Notes under the pieces: generated by a model | The model's input: only the letters and a program-made list of their open reading frames with translations | The model's database searches: none | What the model was told of the DNA's origin: nothing | Translations under genes and position numbers: made by a program | Shown: in pieces, positions 54,829-64,000 of the stretch | Layout of the letters: every line of letters begins with the position of its first letter | Numbering within the stretch: position 1 is the first letter of the stretch | NCBI GenBank assembly: GCA_964016885.1 | Contig: CAXHJY010000713.1 | Span: 54,861 to 118,860 of the forward strand | From: Eledone cirrhosa | Lineage: Eukaryota | Length of the DNA: 64,000 nucleotides | Reading direction: 5' to 3'

Positions 54829-55500
54829 AGGGCGGGTAAAATTCCCGAGATCCATGGACGAGTTCTCTCCAGCGGTCTCTGTCCCTCATTATCACTGCCA
54901 TGTCCTGCGTCTCCAACTGTCCTTAGGGCATCAGCATATGTTAATCTTGGTCTTCCTCTTTCAGTGTGTTCATGCAGGGCTCCCACAGGAGCACTGAGTG
55001 CAGTTTCAACTCTGGATGTCAGTGAGCAATCTATGACTGGGCAGCTTTCAAGGAAGACGATAAGCTACAGGAGAAGTTCAGAGTGGAAGTGAGGAACAGG
55101 TTCAGTGCTCTGTGTGGAGAGAGAGAGGAGAGAGAGAGAGAGAGAGAGATTGGAGGGAGTGAGGAGAGTGTGACGAGGAGGTACGGGTACTTCACCAATG
55201 CAGTGGCGGAAACAAGTGAGACCCTGGTGCCGAGGAGGAAGCACATCAGCTATGCAGACCCAAAAGTGTGTGCAGCCAGAAAACACCTGAAAGCTGCCAA
55301 GGACCAATTCTATGGTGATCCTACGGAGGAGAGGAAGGAGAATGTGGAAGTGATGAGGAAAGAACTCTGTACCGCTTACACTGAGGCCAGAGAGGAGGCA
55401 CTGATAGAGAAGATCACAAGTGGGGAGAGAGATCAGTTGGCAGGTCTGGATGTAAGGAGAGCTGGATGATCATCAACGGGATCAGAGGGAGGAAGAGAAG
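54829..55500. mobile_element. RTE-like LINE remnant: minus-strand C-terminal piece joined to plus-strand linker piece
   Basis: Minus GRPRLTYADAL (LINE C-terminal motif) and plus EVRNRFSAL...AVAETSETLVP (EN-RT linker). TA tracts on both sides. Confidence 0.55.
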
Positions 55501-55572
55501 ATATATATATATATACTACCAATACTGGAATTGAACTATCAAGACCGTTGAGGTATGCCATACATCAAATGA

Positions 55573-55640
55573 TGTATTTTATCTGACGAGGACGTACTGA
55601 AAAAACAGCACAGTACCTTCGAAATATATATAATAAAACA
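55573..55640 (+). ncRNA. Type I hammerhead motif in a diverged PLE pLTR relative (~55520-55960)
   Basis: TTTTAT-CTGACGA-GGACGTACTG..CAGTACCTTC-GAAA-TATATA-TA-ATAAAA. The surrounding sequence is homologous to the reverse complement of ~51420-51630. Confidence 0.72.
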
Positions 55641-55689
55641 TATTTTGATTATGTAAATGTCTTCATTTATTATTATTCTGAATAATAAT

Positions 55690-55876
55690 TGTTTCTACGT
55701 TAGGCACAAAGCCAGCAATTACCCAGTGTATTATTAGTACTTTATTTTATCGACCCCGTAAGGATGAAAGGCAAAGTTAACCTCGGCGGGATTTGAACTC
55801 AGAATGGCAAGGGCCGTAACTCTATGCGTCAAAGCATGGCGTGCGACCCTCTACCGATACTGCCAATCCACCGCCT
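55690..55876 (-). mobile_element. tRNA-derived SINE, same family as 42054-42280, inserted in a PLE pLTR
   Basis: Reverse-complement homology. Perfect 17-bp TSD TTATTCTGAATAATAAT at 55673-55689 and 55877-55893. Confidence 0.85.
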
Positions 55877-55981
55877 TTATTCTGAATAATAATAACTCCA
55901 GAAAACTCCTTGTAGAGTGCTTTTAATCTATTGTAAAACTATATTCATTGAGTAATCAATGAGCCATATTATTCTTTGGTC

Positions 55982-56019
<38 letters not shown>

Positions 56020-56028
56020 ATATTTTTA

Positions 56029-56403
56029 CAGTTGTTCCCAGGTATTCGCGGGGTTACTTTCCTAGAGCACCCACGAAGAGCGAACAACCGCGAATATTGG
56101 ACGTGGTCCCTAAAAATGCCTATAAACGTCAAAATATAACGTAAAATATAATAAAAAAAGAGGGAGCGTCATATACGAAGGGGCGTCCAATAGGCCGGTA
56201 AATACGGTATATTGTTAGTAATAATTTAGCGCTAAAAAATATATATATTGCCACGAAAAAAGCCATAAAAATATCGCGGAAGATATTTACGATCCGCGAA
56301 TATGCGGTGGTTTCCACGAAGAATTATTAGTTACGTTCTAAGGAAAATTCCGCGAATAACCGGGACCACAAATGTCGGGATCACGAATGCTGGGGGTACA
56401 CTA
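56029..56403. mobile_element. Tc1/pogo (Tigger-like) MITE
   Basis: TA|CAGTTGTTCCCAGGTATTCGCG ... CACGAATGCTGGGGGTACACTA|TA imperfect TIRs, with repeated CCGCGAATA subterminal motifs. Confidence 0.62.
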
Positions 56404-56732
56404 TATATATATAGAGCTGAAAGTGGTTGCGGAAGATTAGTGAAGTGCAAGAGCAGTTGAAAGAGTCCAGCATTTCGATGACCGTGGTTATTCCGTGGGT
56501 AACCTGTGGATGAAGAGTTGCGAGATACCCAGTAGATATCCAGGTTCGGATAACTGGTTTGCGACGTAAGCGTGGAGAAATAGTTCAAGAATAAATAAGA
56601 AAAATATAAAGCTACATAAACACAATGTCTTACTAGTTTCACGCTTGGGAAGAAGGGAAAGACATAAGTCCTTAAAACACACACAAACACAAACACACGC
56701 GCATGCACACACACACACGCACATACATACAC

Positions 56733-56765
<33 letters not shown>

Positions 56766-56973
56766 CTAGCAGCTGAGCCCGGTTGCACTCGGGGCCACTT
56801 TTTATTAAGTTAATAATTTGAAAAATATTATTGAAAGTTTATTATAAAGAAGCAGTATCAGAAAAAAGAATAGAAATATGCACTTGGGGCTGGACGGCGT
56901 ACAATGAGAAGTGGAGCGACGTGAAAAGCGTTGAGAGACGTTGAGTGGCGACGGAAGAGGAATGGCGGAAGCT

Positions 56974-57110
56974 TCAAAGGTGTTGTTGCAGTGCTTCTTT
57001 GTAGACAACGTTCCTGGTATTACCCGGATTACCACAAATGTAGAGATTGTATGGACTGCTGACGCGTGAACACCCGACGTATAATTGACCGTGGGTAAAT
57101 ACCTGTGTCG
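56974..57110 (-). pseudogene. Helitron PIF1-helicase C-terminal fragment
   Basis: VFTHGQLYVGCSRV...TRNVVYKEAL, which is helicase motif VI plus the typical RepHel terminus. Confidence 0.88.
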
Positions 57111-57169
57111 TTGTTTCGAGAAGTACTGGCGACAGCAGTGTCGTCAGTGCTTGTTCTTCTATTTCTGCC

Positions 57170-57802
57170 ACCCCTTACACCGAAAGATGTCATAGCGAAG
57201 CAAGCATTGTACCTCCAAATGTTGTTGCAAAAGTGCACTCCGTGGGTAGAGTTATCGATGTGAAGATATTGGAGAAAATGAGGAGGATCAGCCAACGCCG
57301 AAAGTCGAATCTTGCCCCCGGAACAGCAAAGACCTGGAGCCTCACCTACCAACTTCTTAGCCTCACCGAACTGACATACCTTATCCATTTTTCCAAGAGT
57401 CATATCCATGCGATTGGCGTAGTCATAAGCAGGATTGTAGTTGAAGCCAGCTTTTGACCAAAAGGTGTCCATTGTAGCAGCAGCCTGTTCCTGACGTCTA
57501 CGCCGTCTCGATGCCAGCCTGTCTTCCCTTGCCTCCGCAGTTTCGTTGAGAAGTGGTTGTTGCCGTCGAGTGCGCAGGTCCTGTAAACGGGCCTCCCTGG
57601 CCTCCGCAGTTTCGTTGAGAAGTAATTGTTGACGTCGAGTGCTGCGATCAGCAAGGTGAGCCTCCCTTACCTCTGAAGTTTCCGCCAAACGTAAGCGTTG
57701 TGGTTGAATGAGCTGAGAAGAAAGACGGGACTCCCTTGCCTCTGAAGTCTCCTCCAGAATTGTGCTTTGGTGCTGATGGAGCTGCTCATAAGGAGAGGTT
57801 GC
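57170..57802 (-). pseudogene. Helitron RepHel N-terminal fragment (23-aa STPR-like repeats + Zn-finger)
   Basis: ETAEAREARL 23-aa periodic repeats, then LGKMDKVCQFGEAKKLVGEAPGLCCSGGKI...NIWRYNACFAMTSFG. Candidate splice acceptor T12ACCTATTTAG at ~57803. Confidence 0.85.
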
Positions 57803-58166
57803 CTAAATAGGTAAAAAAAAAAAATAACCGACATGGGTGTGATCTATTAGCTGTGTGTGGGCATCTTATTCAACATTATAATGGAAAAACAATATTAAAA
57901 GAAGACATGAAGGCGAATTAGCCATCGAAGTAATTATAAAAGGATAATAGCAATAACTGTTAGAAAACAGTGACTTTTTCGGTTTGGCATTTCGTAAAAT
58001 TCTACTGCAGAATCGATTTCATAAATCGGTATTTTTATCGTTATAGAAGTATTTACATTTAATATAGAGCAACTGTAATTGAAAAATGAAAATGAAACGT
58101 ACTGTAGAAGGCAACAGTTTATTAACAGCGAAATAACGTTGTCGTTGATATGTTATTTTAAATAAG

Positions 58167-58390
58167 ACAATGAATATTTAAAAAAAACATGAATTAATTA
58201 ACTCGGCAACCAAAGGGCTTATAGATCCCATTCATTAAGTTTACAATGAATATAAAAAAAAAACTGAATTAATTAACTCGGCAACCAAAGGGCTTATAGA
58301 TCCCATTCATTAAGTTTACAATGAATATTTAAAAAAACTGAATGAATTAACTCGGCAACCCAAAGGCTTATAGATCACACTCATTAAGAT
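58167..58390. repeat. ~75-bp minisatellite x3 inside the Helitron
   Basis: ACAATGAATA..GAATTAACTCGGCAACC..GGCTTATAGATC..TCATTAAG occurs three times. Confidence 0.88.
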
Positions 58391-59119
58391 AACATGCATG
58401 TATTCTTTAAACTTTTCATTTCACTTTGAAAAATACTACTTACTGTTAGTGGTGGTTAACATGTATTAGAATTAAAATAAACATGATATCGGAAAAATGT
58501 ACCCGAGAACACGCCTCCTTTCTTCGCAATTTAAGGGTTTTATTTCTTTTGATGGAAAACAGTGACCGTTTTCGGTTTGGCATTTCGTAAAATGGTACTG
58601 CAGAATCGATTTCATAAAACGGTACTGTATGTTACCAGCGAAAGAACGTTGTGTTTGATATGTTATGAAAAAATTGCTGAGTTTAAAAATGTGTATGAAA
58701 TTATAAATAAGACAATGAATATTGAACAGGGGGAAATAACTCACCGAACGCGATAGTAAATAGACCGTTTTGGGGCCCCAGGGACCACATTTTTCAAGTT
58801 AGAGATGTGAAACCTCGTCTATTTGCTTCCTTGGCACTTTTTACATAGGTGTATAAATTTTCATGTCCGTCCGACCACGTCTACTACCATTTAACCGTGC
58901 ACAACTGAATTTCAACCACCACCCATTTCACAAATATATATTAGATAATACATATATGGAGAGAAAGTGAGGGGGGGGGGGAGGTATCTATAACAATATA
59001 GAAATAAAGAAATATAGAAAAAAGTTGTAAATGAGAGTTAGAGAGATAGCTAAACAGAGACAGAGACAGAGAAAGAAAGAGGGAGGGAGAGGGAGCGAAG
59101 GAGAGAGAGGGACAAATAC

Positions 59120-59176
<57 letters not shown>

Positions 59177-59205
59177 GCGAGAGAGAGAGGGGTAGCGAGA
59201 GGGGT

Positions 59206-59258
<53 letters not shown>

Positions 59259-59419
59259 GTCAGAGAGACATGGAAACAGTTTGAAGATTATATCTAAGGC
59301 AAGAAGCAGCCATGGACATGTTTCTGTCTCAAATGCTACATCGTTGTTGAATAAACCTGGTCTCTGCAAATACAGTCGCTATGAGACTAGTACCAGTATT
59401 AGTATTGATTCCTTTCACC

Positions 59420-59857
<438 letters not shown>

Positions 59858-59964
59858 ATTTATATATATATATATATAAATATATATACATATATATATA
59901 TAAATATGAATATACACATATATATATATAAACACACACACACACACACACATATATATACATA

Positions 59965-60697
59965 TATCTTGGTTGTCCATCGTAAACGATGATGACATCT
60001 TCTTTATTATTGTTCTCGTCTGCCGTGGGCACGAAGGTAGTTGTGGAGGCCGATCCTTGACTTGCAGGTCCGGGGACAGCGGGGACAGGGAAAGAGACCG
60101 GAGTCAGACTGGCAACTCCCAGAGGTTACCTCCACCTGTTATCTCCACCTCTCGCCCATCGCCGCAGGGCTTTGGGAGTGCACGCTAAAGAAGAAACCTG
60201 TGCGGGAAAGGTTTATAGTGGGAGGGCCAGTGCACAGTGACGGTCCCACTCACTCGGCCACAGAAGCCAGAATCCGGTGGTACGGAGGGAGCGTCACGAC
60301 CAGGGACTTCCTTGGCTGCAGTGGATGGCCACGACGTCTGTAGTGCCTTGCCGTGCCCTAGCGCTCCACACTGCTTGCTGTCGCCGCCTTTGTGACCGTT
60401 GGGACGGTGTTGTCCTCCTCCACTCACTCGCCGGGTCCCGCCTTCGCATGCAGGGGCAGGCATCCCGTGTCTAGCTCACCGGGGGGTTTCAGACCTGTCC
60501 GGCTACCCTCAACCTGGTTCGGCCCGCCAGCCAAGGCGGTTTACCGGGGTGTGGCCGCTGTCATATGCTACAGCTTCTTGGGGCCACAGGTGAGAGCTGA
60601 GTGCCAGGTGGGTCCCCAATGCAGGACGAGCTGTCCTGAAAAGGGCATGGCTAGCCCTCCCTACAGAGGTACATGCCCCTTCCCTGACACCCCAGGC
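59965..60697. mobile_element. GC-rich interspersed-repeat-like island, family not identified
   Basis: Sharp GC rise bounded by TA/CA microsatellites. No recognisable protein motif. Confidence 0.3.
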
Positions 60698-60876
60698 ATA
60701 TACACACACATATACATACACATACATATGTACATGTGTATATACATGTATATGTGTAAATATGTGTATATACATATTTACACATATTTACACATATATA
60801 CATACATACATATATACATATTTACAGATATATACATACATACATATACATATTTATATGTATATATATATGTGTG

Positions 60877-61007
<131 letters not shown>

Positions 61008-61041
61008 TATGTATATCTGATTCAACCCGAGATAACTTACC

Positions 61042-61156
<115 letters not shown>

Positions 61157-61319
61157 TGTATGTATGTATGTATGTATGTATAATGTGTACATATTTGTGT
61201 GCATAGAAGAATAATCTATGCTAATATCTGAGGGAATGTATATAGTGTATATAGTTATTAAGATATGTAGGTCGTATTTCCTTCTTTATATTTGAACATT
61301 GAACTCCTTTAGCGACTCT

Positions 61320-62280
61320 GCACCACCGTTACCACCAACATCATCACTACCATCATTACCAACATCAATGTCACTACTATCATCAGTCACCATCAACATC
61401 TCCAGCACAAGCACCACCACCACCACCACCACCACCACCACCACCACCACCACCACCACCACCACCACCACCAGCACCACCAGCACCACCAGGACCACGA
61501 CCACCACAACAACACCATCATTATCACAACCTTCACTACCACCACTACAATCACAAACACCACCACCACCATTACACCACACCACCACCACCACCACCGC
61601 CACCACAACAACACCATCATTATCACAACCTTCACTACCACCACTATCATCACAAACACCACCACCACCACCATTAAAGCACCATCATAAACATCACCAC
61701 CACCATTACACCACACCACCACCACCACCACCACCACCGCCACCACAACAACACCATCATTATCACAACCTTCACTACCACCACTACAATCACAAACACC
61801 ACCACCACCATTACACCACACCACCACCACCACCACCACCACCACCACCGCCGCCACCACCACCACAACAACACCATCATTATCACAACCTTCACTACCA
61901 CCACTACAATCACAAACACCACCACCACCATTACACCACACCACCACCACCACCATTACACCACACCACCACCACCACCACCACCGCCACCACAACTACG
62001 CCATCATTATCACAACCTTCACTACCACCACTATCATCACAAACACCACCACCACCATTAAAGCACCATCATAAACATCACCACCACCATTACACCACAC
62101 CACCACCACCACCGCGCACCACTACCACCACCACCATCACCATCATCACAGCCTTAACCACCAATATCACCACCACCAATACCACCACCAACAGCCCCAC
62201 CAACAGCCCCACCAACACTGCACCACCACCACCACCACACCACCACCACCATCATCATCATAACCCTCACCACCACAACT
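61320..62280. repeat. (CAC)n-derived compound repeat with higher-order block CACAACAACACCATCATTATCACAACCTTCACTACCACCACTA
   Basis: The block recurs five times between pure (CAC)n runs. Confidence 0.9.
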
Positions 62281-62967
62281 CAGAAATAATAAGCAGCTGT
62301 ATTTAATTTTGATTGGCTAATCAACATTAAGGAAGATATTGTTGTTATATTTGTACAACTGGTGTTGATAAGTTCTACTTTCCCAGCCTTTAATATATAT
62401 TTCTAATATTTTCTAATATTCATTCATAGAAAACGTCTACTGTATATACTAGCGAGAGGAAAAATATGTATACACACATATATAATATAATAATATAATC
62501 ATAAGGAAATTATTGTGTACACTGTTCAGGTGCACTACCATTCGTCAAACGTGTAAGTATAGTACATAGAATAATGTACAAATGTCAGGAAGAAGTCATA
62601 AGAGTCAACGGCCATCCAAAAGTGTGTAAATATGTATATACACATGTACCGCGCCGTTAAACCACTGGAAGTGAAGGACCCCTAGCCTTTGTCAGGGCAT
62701 TCTTCTAAGAGAAGGCAACTCGGGAAACTGGGATAACTCCGATATAAAACCTGCGGCTCAGTAGTTACCGATGAGGTTGATATTTTCTTCTTTTCGGGTT
62801 ATAGCTACTGTCGCTCAGAGTGGGATTGGCTCAGTGCATAATAGTCTTTCCTTACTTTAAAAAATATCTTCACGCACAGGCATTGCACGATAGCATTAAT
62901 TAATAATTATTAATAATGGTATATCGTGCAATAGCCATACTCGATAACGAGGGGGCAGCCATCATCA

Positions 62968-63279
62968 TGTATGTATGTATGTATGTTCTGGTTTTATAAT
63001 TTCACAAATTTTTGCCAATAGAGAGAAAGTCTGTTTTTAACATAGATACAAAACTCTTTCATTGGAATTTACACAACATCAGTTAGGTAGATATGTATGC
63101 ATGTTTGTATGCATGCGTGGATGTGCATGTATGGATGTTATTGTATGTGTATGTTTTGAGTTGTATGTGTGCATGTGCATATGCTTTGTATCTGTACAAG
63201 TGTATATGAAGTTATTAGATTCAGAATTTTTGGAATGTTTTACATATTTTTACTGTTCCTTCCATTAATGGAGTGTACT
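62968..63279 (-). mobile_element. 5'-truncated R4/Dong-like copy (ORF end + 3'UTR + (TACA)n tail)
   Basis: Diverged duplicate of 63280-63545. Confidence 0.75.
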
Positions 63280-64000
63280 ATGTATGTTCTTTCTGGTTTT
63301 ATAATTTCACAAAGTTTTACCAATAGAGAGAGAGTCTGTTTCTAACATAGACACAAGACTCTCTCATTGGAATTTACACAACATCAACTAGGTAGATATG
63401 TATGTATGCATGTGTAGATATGGATGTTATTGTATGTGTGCATGTGTATATGCTTTGTATCTGTACATGTGTATATGCAGTTATTAGATGCAACATTTTT
63501 GGAATGTTTTACATATTTTTACTGTTTCATTAATGGATTGTACTTGTAATTTCCTAACTAGTTGTGTTCTTTCTGTTCCTGTGAAGCCTAGCTTCTCAAG
63601 ATTTGTATTGAGGCAGTTACTAACATATCCCAGTGCTCCAATAATCACAGGCATAAATCTGAAGGTGTAATCAGGGTGGAGTATCTGCAGATTTCTCATC
63701 AGTTCTGCATAAATATTCTCCTTTTCAATAATCTTTGATATTATATTGGCATCTGCTGGGCAGCTAATTTCCTCTACTGTGCATGTTTTCTTCTCCCTGC
63801 CCCATATCATAATATCTGGTCTGTCATTCCTGCATTTTATTGGGGTTTTTACTGGAACATTCCACCAGTACTCTTTCATATTATGTACATGGATGTCTTC
63901 CACATTGTTGTAGCTTTTAATGTGTTTATTATCGGGGCTATCTTTTTTACGAACTGCATTGTACAGTGTTTTGGCCACTACATCATACCTCAGAGGTAGA
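63280..64000 (-). mobile_element. R4/Dong-like non-LTR retrotransposon 3' part (RLE domain ORF 63484-63978, runs off window)
   Basis: LRYDVVAK...WWNVPVKT...NDRPDIMIW...CTVEEISCP...KENIYAEL...PVIIGALG...KICKTF is the PD-(D/E)xK restriction-like endonuclease pattern of the R4/Dong clade. Confidence 0.82.

Larger units (their letters stand above)
56766..58945 (-). mobile_element. Internally deleted (non-autonomous) Helitron, 2,180 bp
   Basis: Minus strand A|TCTAATATATA... 5' end. 3' hairpin CCCG-AGTGCAAC-CGGG followed by CTAG|T. RepHel N- and C-terminal coding fragments inside. Confidence 0.9.

Noticed and set aside
61299-62306. 335-aa Thr/Pro/His-rich mucin- or extensin-like ORF
   Set aside because: It is a (CAC)n-derived repeat lacking stops by composition. 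The same DNA block is read in different frames along the ORF, and the start is TTG.

Overview
Eukaryotic nuclear DNA, AT-rich and microsatellite-dense. A cephalopod/octopus-like origin is my inference from the repeat types and is not verified. I found no credible host protein-coding gene. Bases 1 to ~41,960 are the right-hand end of a tandem array of ~1,665-bp units. Each unit carries one intron-containing tRNA-Leu(CAA) gene and one degenerate tRNA-Leu-derived copy 746 bp upstream, giving 25 + 25 copies in the window, and the array runs off the left edge. The array has two spacer haplotypes, two linked tRNA isodecoders, 2-mer and 7-mer higher-order repeats, a 45-bp spacer subrepeat and a divergent, ancestral-looking terminal unit. 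Bases ~42-64 kb are decayed transposable elements. These comprise two tRNA-type SINEs with TSDs, hAT and Tc1/pogo MITEs, an internally deleted Helitron, CRE, R4/Dong and RTE non-LTR fragments, and Penelope-like elements (a GIY-YIG ORF between inverted pseudo-LTRs). Several minimal hammerhead ribozyme motifs and inverted duplications sit in (TA)n tracts. All calls were made by eye, with no alignment or database search.
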